DNA of 64,000 bases from Terriglobia bacterium (GCA_965218585.1 CBDCLE010000024.1:1-64000); one strand, 5' to 3'. Shown: positions 34,288-45,700, counted from the stretch's first letter. Notes: generated by a model from the sequence alone, not told the origin. Translations and numbers: made by a program.

Positions 34288-35331
34288 TCAGACCCAGCGA
34301 AACATCTTGAGTGCAACGGCGTAGCTTACCCCGCACCACAGACCCAGAATTCCAATCGAGAATGCCTGGGAGGCCAGTGGTTCTCCTGCGAGGATGACGG
34401 CGCGGAGCGCGTTGATCACCTGCGTCAAAGGCAGCGCTTGAATGAAGGGCTGGACGAGGGCCGGAAATCGTTCCGAAGAAAAGAAAATCCCTGAACAAAG
34501 CCACATCGGAATCATCACCAGGTTCATCAAACCGCTGATCGTTTCGATCGTTTTCGCACGGGAGGCAACCATCAGTCCGATGCCGGCGAAGGTGATCGAG
34601 CCGAGGAGCGCGATCAGGATCACGGCAGAGTAACTGCCCGCGAAAGGCACTCCGAAAAGCAGATTCGCCGCCAGGAGCAAGAAGAACATCTCCGGTATGA
34701 AGAACACCACGCGGCTGCTGACCAACGCGACCAGAAAATGACTTCGTCGCATTGGAGTCGCGACCATCCGCTTGAGCAGGTTTTTCATGCGCAGGTCGAC
34801 CGTGTTGAATCCGATCCCCCAGAGGCCCGCTCCCATCAGGTTCATCCCGATCAATCCGGGGACGAGAAAGTCGACATACCTGGAACCCGGCGCATCGGTT
34901 CGACGATCGTTCGAAAGCACCGTGTCTTTCCTGCCCGCTGCCCGCTGAATCGCATCGTCCACGACCACTCGGGTCGTGGTTCCAGCAGGATTCGTGGGAT
35001 CGAAAAAGTACTCGAAGTCTCCCGATGGATTAACGGAAACAACTAGCGGTGTCCGGTTACGCCGCAAACCCTCGAGCGCCTCGTCATGGGCGAGGATGTC
35101 GATCCCGAAGCGTTCATCTTCCCGCAGTGTCTGAACGATCGGATCCAAAGACGCCTCCTCGGTCGCAGTGAATAACGTCTGCACGTCGGTATCGCTGTTG
35201 AAGGCCAGGCCCAGCCCGATGACCATGATGAAGGGAAAACCATAGGTCCAGAAGATGGCTTCAGGTTGCCGCAGATAACTCCTGACGTTCGCCAGGACTA
35301 ACTGGGCAAATGGGTTGGTCTTAATCGTCAC
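34288..35331 (-). CDS. ABC-2 type transporter permease
   Basis: RYVDFLVPGLIGMN, LKRMVATPM, SGIFFS, LPLT...ALR. Confidence 0.9.
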   Translation of the reverse strand: MTIKTNPFAQLVLANVRSYLRQPEAIFWTYGFPFIMVIGLGLAFNSDTDVQTLFTATEEASLDPIVQTLREDERFGIDILAHDEALEGLRRNRTPLVVSVNPSGDFEYFFDPTNPAGTTTRVVVDDAIQRAAGRKDTVLSNDRRTDAPGSRYVDFLVPGLIGMNLMGAGLWGIGFNTVDLRMKNLLKRMVATPMRRSHFLVALVSSRVVFFIPEMFFLLLAANLLFGVPFAGSYSAVILIALLGSITFAGIGLMVASRAKTIETISGLMNLVMIPMWLCSGIFFSSERFPALVQPFIQALPLTQVINALRAVILAGEPLASQAFSIGILGLWCGVSYAVALKMFRWV

Positions 35332-36268
35332 GAAGATGCCTCCCCGTCAGGCTAACGAATACGTCCTCGAGATTGACATGCCGTGTGGTGAGGCTCTTGA
35401 GTTGCAGGTTCTCCTCGGAGAGCAGGTCGAGACACCCAGGGATCGAGAGATGCGGTTCCGCCACGGTGAGAAGATACCGGCCCGCTTCTTCGATGGACTT
35501 GGTGACACCGACGATTCTGGAAAACATCTCAGGATCAACCATGCGATCGCCGTTGGACTCGAGGCTGAATTCGATGACGTGCTCGCCACCCAGCCGGATA
35601 ATCAGGTCCCGAGGCGAACCCAACGCGATGATGTTGCCATGGTCGACAATGGCAACACGGTCGCAGAGCTTCTCAGCTTCATCCATATAGTGCGTTGTCA
35701 GAAAGACCGTGTTCCCGGCCCTCTTGATGTCGGTGACGATGTCCCAGAGCTAGCGGCGCGCCTGGGGATCCAGCCCCGTCGTGGGTTCATCCAGAAAGAC
35801 AAGTTCGGGCTTCCCGACCAGAGCACACGCCACAGCGACACGCTGCTTTTGCCCTCCCGACAGCTTAGAGATCCACGCATCAGACTTCTCTTCGAGCGAC
35901 ACCAGTGCCATCGCTTCTTCCGCTTCGATCCCGTCGTTGTAGAAACTACGGAACATCTGAAGCGTCTCAAGGACGCTCAGCTTGTCGCGCAGCCGGGTCT
36001 CCTGCAGTGTGATTCCGAGCTTCTGGCGCAACTCGTAGTTGTGGCCGGTGTCCCAGCGCATTCCCAGAACTTCGACTTCACCCGAGGTGGCCGGAATCAA
36101 TCCTTCCAGGATTTCGACGGTCGTCGTTTTTCCCGCGCCGTTCGGACCGAGAAGACCGAAACATTCGCCGCAATGGACTTCCAGATCCAGCCCGTTCACC
36201 GCGTCCACGGCCTTTCCGCCGCCTTCGTAGCGCTTAAAAAGTTGTTTGCAGGTAACAGCGTTCGACAT
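35321..36268 (-). pseudogene. ABC transporter ATP-binding protein with an in-frame TAG
   Basis: GPNGAGKT, LSGGQ, FLDEPTTGLDPQARR*LWDIV...LTTHYMDEAEKLCDR. The frame continues past TAG 35750-35752, where Gln is plausible. Confidence 0.88.
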
Positions 36269-36510
36269 GAGATGGGGTCCAGAAGATCGATATTACACTG
36301 ACTGCAAGCCCCGAGGTAGCCGGGAAAGTGCTGTCAAGTTAAAGAACTCAAAGTCGGCATAAGGGCCTTAATTTCTTACTTCCACGATCATTTCGATCTC
36401 AACCGCGCGCTGACCGAGTGCGCCGGGGTGAAACACCATATGGATTCGGGCTCGGTCGCCAGCCCCTGGAGGATGCGCATCGCCTCGAGCACCACGGAAA
36501 TGCTATGCGC

Positions 36511-37335
36511 TTATCTGAAGATTCTCGCGCGATCCCATTTTTCGATTGTGGACTCGATCAACTCTGCCATTCGCTCGTTTACCCTCTCGAAATACGTCCT
36601 GGCCTTGGCCGGATCGAAATCGGGATAACCCTGGCCGGGCTGATAGAGGATGATCGACGACGGGAACGGGTAGGCGCGCCAGCCGGATGGCGATGAGCCG
36701 GGAGTAGCCATGTCCGCCGAGTACCTTGCCGGATGGACGTGCTCGGGAACGATCGCCTGGACGTAGGCGTTTTCGTTGTTCCCGGCGTGGCCGCCGTCTT
36801 CTCCGAACACTTCGAAGGTGATCTCGCTGGCGATGGACCACCAGTTTGTGACCAGCGTGCGGACGCGTTCCCGACGACCGACTTCTTCGGCCACCCTTTG
36901 AAGGATCGCTGTCTGGCCTCCGCCGTGCCCGTTCAAGATAATCAGGTTTCGGAAACCGTTTCGCGCCAGGCCTGTCATCACGTCCATGATGAATGCTTCG
37001 TATGCGTTGGCGCCGATCGAGAAGCTCCCTGGAAAGGCATCGAGGGATCCAGTGAAGCCGTAATTCAAGGTCGGCGCGATGAGCGCATTCAGCCGCTCGG
37101 CAAGGTCCCGGGCCATCGCTTCGGGAGCCAGATTGTCCGAGCCATTGGGCAGGACGCCGTGAGGTTCAAGGGTTCCGGTCGGGATGAGAACCGTCTCGAC
37201 CCGGGCGGGCACGAGCTCCGCGAATTCCTGCCAGCCCAGCAGGTTCATCTCACGGGTGGAGGGTGGGGATTGTGCCTGAGCCGAACTCGCCACCAACCCG
37301 AAAACAATCAGCAGAAACGCGATCCTGAGCCTCAT
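36511..37335 (-). CDS. Creatininase family protein, exported
   Basis: PTGTLEPHG..PNGSD, NGHGG, GHAGNNE; signal peptide MRLRIAFLLIVFGLVASSAQA after RBS AGGAGG. Confidence 0.88.
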   Translation of the reverse strand: MRLRIAFLLIVFGLVASSAQAQSPPSTREMNLLGWQEFAELVPARVETVLIPTGTLEPHGVLPNGSDNLAPEAMARDLAERLNALIAPTLNYGFTGSLDAFPGSFSIGANAYEAFIMDVMTGLARNGFRNLIILNGHGGGQTAILQRVAEEVGRRERVRTLVTNWWSIASEITFEVFGEDGGHAGNNENAYVQAIVPEHVHPARYSADMATPGSSPSGWRAYPFPSSIILYQPGQGYPDFDPAKARTYFERVNERMAELIESTIEKWDRARIFR

Positions 37336-38022
37336 CAGCCTGAACCTCCTAGTGTGAACAGAGAATGCAGATATAGTAAAGTTTGTGCGAGGAATATTGT
37401 GAAGAAACTGATGACGTCGTCGTGGCAAGCTGCTCGGTCCTGATCGCCGGACTGGCGCTGGGGTGCAGCAGGTTGGCGACCTGACTTCAAGTGCCAGAAC
37501 GAAGTGAATTGGTAGAAGGCACCTCCAACTCCCCAGATTCCGACTTCTCAAGGGTTGAGACTCGATCAGTAAACAAAGCGGCGTTTATCGGGGGTAGTCG
37601 TCGCGTTAAACCTGGACTGGTCTCCCGATCGCCACTCACTGTCCAGTACAGTTTTGCCGCAGGGCGTCCCCAACCCTTCTCAACCCAATCACACTGCGAT
37701 CGTGGCAATTAATATCGAGATCGGGAACAAATACCAGTACCCGAAACTCAGCATGGAGCCCCTATCGATCGATGGTGACCATCCTGCGACCGCCAACTGA
37801 TGCCGCTCGCTGGCCACTCTCAGCAAGCCCGGTGGCTAGCAACCCTACGAGTAGATCGCCCCTCGGTTTTGTGCCGTCAACGAGCGGCTTCTGATGCGTG
37901 ACGGTACGCCGTCGAGATGGCATCCAGAGCTTCGTCGGTCCGCCATACTGCGCTCGCGATGAATCTGAACCCGTTGCGGCCTATCGTACTTAACTCACTG
38001 CCATCCAAGGAGCGCAGACATG

Positions 38023-38376
38023 CTAGCTCTTGCTTTCGCGACTCAGATACTCGAGAAGAGCCCGCGCCTGGTTGTGCTCCTGATCTCTGGTTGAGTACAC
38101 GAGCGTGACGGTCTTCTTCGCAGCCAGTAATGTCAACTCTTCGACGAGCCCGAAGCGTTCTTGTTTTAGCTCCAGGAAATACCGACGTTTAAACTCACGC
38201 CAGCGACTCGATTCGTGGTTGAACCATTTGCGAAGCTCCGTACTGGGGGCAATATCCTTCATCCAGCGATCAATTATGGCGTCGCGTCTGGAAACTCCAC
38301 GCGGCCAGATGCGGTCCACGAGTACGCGAACTCCATCACTCGGGGAGGCTTCATCGTAAATTCGCTTCAATCGCAA
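38023..38376 (-). CDS. DUF488 family protein (YeaO-like)
   Basis: KRIYD, RVLVDRIWPRGVS, APSTELRKWFNH, HNQA. Confidence 0.9.
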   Translation of the reverse strand: MRLKRIYDEASPSDGVRVLVDRIWPRGVSRRDAIIDRWMKDIAPSTELRKWFNHESSRWREFKRRYFLELKQERFGLVEELTLLAAKKTVTLVYSTRDQEHNQARALLEYLSRESKS

Positions 38377-38659
38377 CGTTGAACTTGCCTCCTGTTATTG
38401 ATGAGAACTTGTTCTCAGACACTCAACCACGGCAGGGTCCTTTCGCTCCTGACTGGTACCAGGTTAGGAGTTGACGATCGAAGGCGGCCGGTCCTCGATC
38501 GTCAGTATGAAGAATCAGTATATCGCTGGACAAGCGATCCAATAGATCTTGTGCAGTGCTGCCCATTACGGGTCTGGTTTTCCACAAGTTCTGGAGAATC
38601 GGGTTGCCAGTGGAGCGCGACTTCGGCATCAAACGCCACTGCGATCTGTTGAGCCAGGT

Positions 38660-40750
38660 TTATGCTGTGGTAGCGGTGTATGCGTCTCGAGGGGTCGATG
38701 CGGGCGAGACCCCGCGTCGTGCTCGGTCGATCATTAGTGGCCTGGACAGGGGCTCGGGTCTGCCCCCGCGTGGTGCGGTGATCGCGAACCGGTGCCTCTG
38801 CCACCAGGCATGGGCATCCTCGTCAGTCCACTGCCCTACGTCCGCGCACGCCTGCAGTGCGACCTGCAGAGCGGCGGCGTTCTGGGGTCGGTCCGTAGGT
38901 TCCTTGGCCAGGCAGCGCAGGATCAAGGCCTCGAGGTCCGGCGGCAACGGCTTCTCCAGGCGCTCGGACGGTGGCACCGGATTGCTGTGCAGTTGAGCCG
39001 AGCATACCTCAGCGATCGTCGTGGCCTGTAAACGCATGTTCCCCGGTGAGCAAGAAGTATCCCACCGCGCCCAGCGAGTAAATGTCGCTGCGAGCGCCGA
39101 CGGAGTCCGGAGCTTTGAGCGTTTCCGGGGAAAAGTACATAGGAGTACCAGCGATGGCGTTGACTTGGGTTAACAAAGCTCCATCGGCTGGCTCAAGTTC
39201 CTTGACGAGTCCGAAGTCGAGGACCTTGACCACGTCGGGCCGTACACCCTGCTCGACGAGCATGATGTTGGCCGGCTTGATATCGCGATGGATCAGGTTG
39301 ACCACATGCGCTTCCGCCAGCGCCCCCACTGCTTGGCTGAGGATCCGGACCACGCGTGCTGGAGGTTGCGGTCCGTCGTGATCCACAACGGTCTGGAGCG
39401 TGGCTCCGTCGAGGTACTCCATGGCGTAGTAAAACACGCCCGACGAGCTGCGCCCATAGTCATACACCGAGACGATGTTGGGATGGTTGAGCTCGCTCGT
39501 CCGCTGTACCTCGCGCTCGAAGCGCCGCAGACTCTGGTCATCGACCTTCTCGGGGGGTAGCAGCTTGATCACCGTGGGACGCCGCAACATGGCGTGCTTA
39601 GCGCGATAGACGACGCCCATGCCACCCTCACCGACTTTGTCGAGCAGCGTGTAGTTTCCGAGCTGAAGCGCCGCACGCACCTGCTCGCGAAGCGCGCGCG
39701 TGCGATAGCGAACGAAGAACGCGAACACCGCCAGACCTATCGTGACGTAGAGAACCCATGCCCACCAGGTGTGCCAAGGCGCTTGCGCGACGACCACCTG
39801 CACCGAGGCGACATGTTGGCTCCACACGCCGTCCTCATTGGCCGCCATGGCTTCGAGGGTGTAGGTCCCGCCGGGGAGGCCGACGTATCGGCCGCCCCGC
39901 TCTCCCCCGGCTTCGTACCAGTCGGCGTCGACCCCCGCCAGTCGGTACCGATAACGACTGGCGGCCGGATTGCGATAGTCGAGGGCGGCGACCTCGAATT
40001 CGAAAGAGTTCTCTCGCCAATCGAGGTAGATCGTGGTGACCTGCTCCGGCGCCGGTCCGACGTCCAGTGACTCTCCGTCCCGGGTAAAACCGGTGAAGAA
40101 CACCGGGGCCAGGTTCGGCTCCTCCCGAATGGCCTCGGGGCGAAATCGCGTGATTCCGCGATCGTAGAACCAGAGCTCCCCGTCTCTCGTTTCGAGCGGT
40201 CGGAACACCACGCCCACATTCTTGAGGACGTCCCGGTTCATGCCGTAGTAGCGGTAGATATTGTTCGAGGGATCGACGCGTACTAGTCCCTCGTGGCCTC
40301 CTAACCACAGACTACCCCAGCGATCGGCGATCACCGACATCACGCCCACAATCGGCAATGTGCCGTTGCGAGTCGACAAATGCGTGAAGGTCCCGGTTTC
40401 GGGGTGAAAGCGATCGAGGCCGACGTCGGTCGCGACCCAATATTCCCCGGTGGGCGCGTGGTAGAACTGGTAGACCGTATTGCTACTCAACAACGCCGAG
40501 TCGTCAGGATCGTTCTTGTACTTGTGGATCACTTGCTCGGTCTTCGGATCGAAGACATCCAGACCCCCTCCCGAGCGTGCTAAGCCAGATGAGTCCGTCA
40601 GGCTCCTGGTGGATGTCGTACATTACGCTTCCGCTGACGCTGGTCTCCGGTTGATCGGCATCAGGGCGGAAATACGTCGTCTCTCCGGTGTCTTTGTCGA
40701 GTCGAAGTAGACCCGACCCCGCCGTACCCATCCACAAGATATTGGAATCA
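38660..40750 (-). pseudogene. 5'-truncated beta-propeller/Y_Y_Y sensor fused to a Ser/Thr protein kinase
   Basis: Propeller repeats (LWMGT, YWVAT, LWLGG), YRYRLAG...LPGGTYTL, one TM helix, kinase GEGGMGVVY, HRDIKPAN, DFGL, GTPMYFSPE. Frameshifts near 40570 and 39030; no start or signal peptide. Confidence 0.85.
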
Positions 40751-41274
40751 TGAACATCGTCGCCCGGCATGCCAACTTGGGACTTCAACTCCTTCACACC
40801 GGTCGCAGCCAGGAAGCCTTAGGGTGGATCGAAGACGCTCTGGAACTCGACAATGATTTCTGGGGAGCCCACTGGGTATTAGGGAACTACCACCGAAAAG
40901 AGGGCAGTTATCGGGAGGCTGTAAACGAGTTCCGTCAAGCCGTTGCGCTTTCGGACGGGAATACCGTGTCGCTGGCGTCCCTCGGACACGCCTATGCTCT
41001 CTCCGGCCAACAATCCGAGGCCCTCGGAGTTTTGTCTAGGTTGGAGGAACTGGAAGAGCGAAGATACGTTTCCCCGGCCTTGATCGCTTACATCCACGCA
41101 GGACTGGACGCGACAGATTTGGCGTTTCAGCGGCTAGAGGAGGCTTTCGAGCAGCGATCTCGTTACCTGGTTTGGCTGAAGGTGGCCCCCGAATATGAAA
41201 AACTCCGTTCCGACCCGCGCTACCTACAGCTGATTACCCGCATCGGCCTGTCCGGGCCGAACAATACAGAATAG
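40750..41274 (+). pseudogene. C-terminal fragment of a TPR protein
   Basis: TPR helices with the typical ending YVSP..IAYIHAGL...WLKVAP..EKLRSDPRY. No RBS, and it directly abuts the kinase fragment. Confidence 0.7.
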
Positions 41275-41535
41275 TTTCACCAGAGATCTGCGGCGCCGTG
41301 CACGACATTTCTGAGCGTCGATCCAGTAGAAATCTAAGGAGCTGTTCGCGCGGCTTCCGCGAAGTGGCCATCTGATATCTTGAACCGAACCCCGAATCCC
41401 GTCTTGGATGGAGTGGCCCTGGCGTGGACATGCCCGGTACGAATCGCTGGATTACTAATGAGTAGTCGCCAAGTGTTTGGCAGTCGTGCAACTCAAGGGA
41501 CCCAGAAGCCGGTTTCCGGGGATCCCAGTCCCGAT

Positions 41536-41570
41536 GCGGGTCACTTGGCTGTATAACCGGCTATTCGGAC
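41536..41570 (+). repeat. Palindromic site, copy 1 (inverted relative to copies 2 and 3)
   Basis: GCGGGTCACTTGGCTGTATAACCGGCTATTCGGAC versus the reverse complement of 45966-46000, GTGGGTCACTCAGCTGTATAACCGGCTATACGTCC. Confidence 0.7.
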
Positions 41571-41768
41571 AATGGTCCATTGACCGATTTCTCAGACAAT
41601 TAGAGTCGCTTTGGTAAACGCGAGCGAATTTTTGGCAAACGTTGCGCGAGGACGTATAAATAAGGCCCGCGTCCAAGGATTGCCGAACAAATATACTCAA
41701 GCGTCGACCCGACGCGGTGTTCTTTTGAATTTTGGCAACTCGAGAGACCCCGTTCCGGCTAAGCTGGG

Positions 41769-43178
41769 ATGATGAAAACAACCCCCGCAGCTGGTGACAC
41801 AGTCGATACGGAGGTCAGCCCTCGCGGGGCTCTCGAGGTGCTGTCCCAGCGCGAGGTGGAGCAGCTTCGGCTCGCGGCTAAATCGAGGGAGAACTCCCAG
41901 CTCTTTGATCTGCTTCGGCGCTGTGCACTCGCTGTGATGAACTCGGGCAGCGACGAAGACGACGCCGCTGCCGTATTCGACCGCTATCGTGATTTCTCGG
42001 TCGAGATCGTACAACGCACGCGTGGGCTCAAGCTCAAGATTAAGAATGCGCCGGCCAGCGCGTTTGTTGACGGTCGGATCATCGAGGGAATTCGCCAGCA
42101 CCTGTTCGCAGTGTTGCGAGATCTCGTTTACATTCGTACTGAGATCGAGCAGAGCGAACGATTCGATCTCGAGCAAGGAGACGGCGTCACGGATGCCATC
42201 TTCCACATCCTGAAACACGCACGAATCCTGAATCCGAATCTCCGGCCTAACCTCGTCGTGTGTTGGGGTGGGCACGCCGTATCTCGCAACGAGTACGAGT
42301 ACGCGAAGGGAGTCGGGTATCACCTGGGCTTGCGCGGCCTCGATGTGTGCACAGGCTGCGGACCGGGCGCCATGAAAGGGCCGATGAAAGGAGCCGCCAT
42401 CGGCCACGCCAAGCAGCGCTTGCAAGATGCTCGTTACGTGGGTCTGACCGAGCCCGGGATCATTGCGGCCGAACCACCGAATCCGATGGCCAACCATCTC
42501 GTCGTCCTGCCCGACATCGAAAAACGCTTGGAGGCATTCGTGCGCATCGGTCACGGGGTAATTATTTTCCCAGGCGGGGTGGGCACGGTTGAGGAGATTC
42601 TGTACTTGCTCGGTGTGCTGATGGACCCGACCAATGCCGATCAGTACCTGCCCATCGTTTTCAGTGGCCCGAAGGAAAGCTGTGACTACTTCGAGCAGAT
42701 CGACCAATTCATCGCCGAGACCTTGGGCGAGAAGGCACGCGAGCGCTATCTAATCATTATCGACGATGAGCGGGAAGTCGCCCGGCACATGGATCGAAGC
42801 GTCCGCAAGGTTCACACCCGGCGACGTAAGAGTGGCGATGCCTTCTACTTCAACTGGCTGTTGAACGTTCCCGACGGCTATCAGCGTCCGTTTGAGGTCA
42901 GTCATGCAGCGGTTGCAGATCTAGTGCTCCATCGCGATCTGCCGATCCACGACCTGGCATCGAATCTACGTCGCGCCTTTTCCGCCATCGTGACGGGAAA
43001 TGTCAAAGAGCACGGAATTCGACTTATCCGGCGGAATGGACCATTCGAGATACGTGGGGATCACGCCATCATGGAGTTGTTGGATGCGATGCTTGGCAGC
43101 TTCGTCGATCAGGGACGTATGAAAATCGCCAGCGGGTCTTACAAGCCCTGCTATCGAGTCGTCGCATCGCGGACCTGA
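41769..43178 (+). CDS. ppnN: Pyrimidine/purine nucleotide 5'-monophosphate nucleosidase (LOG family, YgdH)
   Basis: [79 protein letters not shown]. Confidence 0.92.
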   Translation: MMKTTPAAGDTVDTEVSPRGALEVLSQREVEQLRLAAKSRENSQLFDLLRRCALAVMNSGSDEDDAAAVFDRYRDFSVEIVQRTRGLKLKIKNAPASAFVDGRIIEGIRQHLFAVLRDLVYIRTEIEQSERFDLEQGDGVTDAIFHILKHARILNPNLRPNLVVCWGGHAVSRNEYEYAKGVGYHLGLRGLDVCTGCGPGAMKGPMKGAAIGHAKQRLQDARYVGLTEPGIIAAEPPNPMANHLVVLPDIEKRLEAFVRIGHGVIIFPGGVGTVEEILYLLGVLMDPTNADQYLPIVFSGPKESCDYFEQIDQFIAETLGEKARERYLIIIDDEREVARHMDRSVRKVHTRRRKSGDAFYFNWLLNVPDGYQRPFEVSHAAVADLVLHRDLPIHDLASNLRRAFSAIVTGNVKEHGIRLIRRNGPFEIRGDHAIMELLDAMLGSFVDQGRMKIASGSYKPCYRVVASRT

Positions 43179-43461
43179 AACGAACGGCGGCCCGAGTCCG
43201 AATCCCGGTAGCGAAGATCTTACCGATCACCTTCATTCGGAACTGGAATCCGGAAAATCACTCTTTCAGTGAATCTGGATATTTCCGTATACATGTTTTC
43301 TCAACTTCCGACAGATCCGTCTTGTTCTTTTTTAGTGTGGCTCCTTTCTCTTCAAGTGGATATCCCACCTACGATCGGCAACCCTGCCAAATGCCTGGCC
43401 GGAGACAATCGATCGCTTCAACCATGGACCCATCTCGGAGGCTGACAGGCCACCCGTTCCG

Positions 43462-44382
43462 GTGTGTATAATCGAAGTAAATCCGTGTTTGGCAGCGAGG
43501 GACAGAGTCGTGGTGGATCTAGCTTCAGCATTGCCCGACAGCGTCGCCGAGAAAGTTCGTCGTGGCGAGGTCACCCAGGCTCGAGCCAAGGCCTTTATTG
43601 ATCACATCCGGCGGGTTGAACGGGAGATCTACGCCCATGACGTGGTCCGTCAAAACCCATATACGAGATGGTTTAAACAGGGAACGGCCAACGTCGACCA
43701 ACTCACGGATCTGGTGATCCAGTTTTCTGTGTTTTCCAACCACTTCTTGCCACTTGAGGCCAAGCGGATGGTCAACGCGGCGACCGAAGCAGAGGAAAAA
43801 AAGGCGCGATCGATTCTGGGGAGTGAGATTGGCGTACCGATAGACATCCACACCGGCGACATCGAAGGATTTCTATTTTCCCACGACAATGCCCACATTA
43901 AGTGGTTGCGAGACATCGGAGAGACCCTCGGCCTTGGCCGCGATCAACTCGGCAAATGGGCGCTCGGTAGTCAGGCAACACACCGGTTTTTGGAAAATCT
44001 GGAAAAAGTTTATGGTCACCCGGACAACAACATCGGATCCGGAGCGAGTTTTGCGATCGAATCCTGGGCGGGTTTCGGAATCGGTAAGGGCGAAGAGGCC
44101 GAGGGTAACAACTTCTGGAAAGAGCTAATCGTGGGCTTGGACGCTTACAACAAGACGCACCGCGAGGCTCTCGACCTGCATCCGATCGACGTCGGTTTCT
44201 TTCAGCTTCACTTCAATCTCGAACTGGGGCACGTTGCGAATGTCGAGGAAGAGCTTTCAGAAGTGTTCTTTAGCCCAGGTTTTGATCAAGAGCAGTGGTA
44301 CTACGGCGCACGTGAGGCCCTCGACGCCATCCACATCTTCTGGAAAGGCCTGGACGAAAAACGCAGGACACTGGAGGAGTGA
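43462..44382 (+). CDS. Heme-oxygenase-like diiron enzyme (HDO; CADD/TenA-like fold)
   Basis: All-helical protein with candidate ligands ILGSEIG, SHDNAH, AIESW and FFQLHFNLELGH; NPYTRWF..G; ends FWKGL. Start codon uncertain. Confidence 0.7.
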   Translation: MCIIEVNPCLAARDRVVVDLASALPDSVAEKVRRGEVTQARAKAFIDHIRRVEREIYAHDVVRQNPYTRWFKQGTANVDQLTDLVIQFSVFSNHFLPLEAKRMVNAATEAEEKKARSILGSEIGVPIDIHTGDIEGFLFSHDNAHIKWLRDIGETLGLGRDQLGKWALGSQATHRFLENLEKVYGHPDNNIGSGASFAIESWAGFGIGKGEEAEGNNFWKELIVGLDAYNKTHREALDLHPIDVGFFQLHFNLELGHVANVEEELSEVFFSPGFDQEQWYYGAREALDAIHIFWKGLDEKRRTLEE

Positions 44383-44533
44383 TCCGGGCGTCGGAAGTGC
44401 TTGAAAACACTTTGAAACTTTTCTTCCCGCCTGGGTTTCAGCTCTCCCCGCCTTTCGAGTAGATCTCGACGTGTTTCGCCACTAGAGTCCCTAAAAATTC
44501 ACCCTGAAGTTGGACTGGAGATAAATGAAGCGT

Positions 44534-44578
44534 CACATGGACGTATTGCCGGTTATACGTCCAAAGAGCCAGACCTCA
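44534..44578 (+). repeat. Palindromic site, copy 2
   Basis: GGACGTAT-TGCCGGTT-ATACGTCC near-perfect 24-bp palindrome; flanks CACA(T/C)GG and GACCTCAG are shared with copy 3. Confidence 0.7.
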
Positions 44579-44770
44579 GCCTCACGTTACCCTGCGCCCT
44601 GCGTTACCCGAAGACGCTCGCACAAGCCGTGTTTACGGCACCGTGGAGGAAAATACGAAACCGATTTCGCCGCTCCCCGCGCTACCTTCGAGCCGAGAAT
44701 CAACGCTGGGTAGATTTACGGTAGCCGCAGGGGCCAGACGAACCGGATTGACTTCCACCATTTCCCGGGA

Positions 44771-45700
44771 TCAGAAGGCGTGTTCTTCGATCCAGTTCAA
44801 CAGAGTCTGTGCAATGTCCGCGTTGTTGAGTTCCTGCATCATGATGTGGCCGTTGCCAGTGATGCCGACGTCAGGCAGGAACAACCCCGAGGCATCGCCA
44901 CCCAGCCCTCGGAGTCGATCGATGAGGTTCGCACAAGCGTTCGAGGGTTCAGAACTCTCAAGCCCCCCGCGCACGTCGAAGTACGGCACTCTTGCAAAGT
45001 TTGAGAGATCGTCGGGCAACTGTCCACAAAAGACTCCTCCCGCTGGCTCCACCGCAATAACCGCATGCAGCAACTCCGGGCGCCGGCTCGCAAGCATCTG
45101 CAGCATCGCGCCACCGGCCGAGTGCCCAACCACGATTGCCGGTCCGGTCTCTTCCAACAGCTCGGTCAGGCCTCTGGTAACTGCGGCGTCGAGAGAGCGA
45201 ATACCGCTCACCGGGAGAGACGCGAGAAACTGATGATAGGCAGCCTCGCCATCGGGCCATTGATCACCCCCGCAATCCTCGGGATTATCGATTTCGTCGC
45301 CACCCATGTTGGGACACATCCCGTTCCCCCCGCCACGGACTCCCGGCTCAGGGCCCTGATCCCACGTCACCCAGGCCTGGCCAGTCCAGCGGCGTAGTGT
45401 GCCTTGTGTGTCTGGCATGGAAAGTCCGGCTTTGACCTGGTTAAATCCATCCACGGCGAAGGAGGACCGGCCGCGACCGGCTGGCTCGATGACGTATACG
45501 GTGAAACCGCGACGGACAAAGAAGAGATCCCAACCCTCCCGGCGATCCGCTGTCGTGCCATAGATTGTGCCCAACAGGTCACCACCGGGGATCAAAATGA
45601 TCGGAGGCGCACCTTCCCGTTTCTCGTAGGGGACCGTGTACTCCACATAGCTGGCGCCGTCGACGATAGGACCTCGACTCGCGCCATTGCCCTGATAGAG
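44771..45700 (-). pseudogene. 5'-truncated alpha/beta hydrolase
   Basis: YVEYTVP, GWDLFFVRRGFTVY, GHSAGG nucleophile elbow, GITGNGHIMMQE; N-terminus missing. Confidence 0.75.

Noticed and set aside
24047-35752. Pyrrolysine or amber recoding at the two in-frame TAG codons
   Set aside because: The expected residues differ (Trp, Gln), neither is a methylamine methyltransferase site, no pyl genes are visible, and TAG is a normal stop in many genes here.
38402-38504. Short palindromes TGAGAACTTGTTCTCA and TGACGATCGA...TCGATCGTCA upstream of the DUF488 gene
   Set aside because: Single occurrences; could be an operator or terminator, but nothing further supports it.
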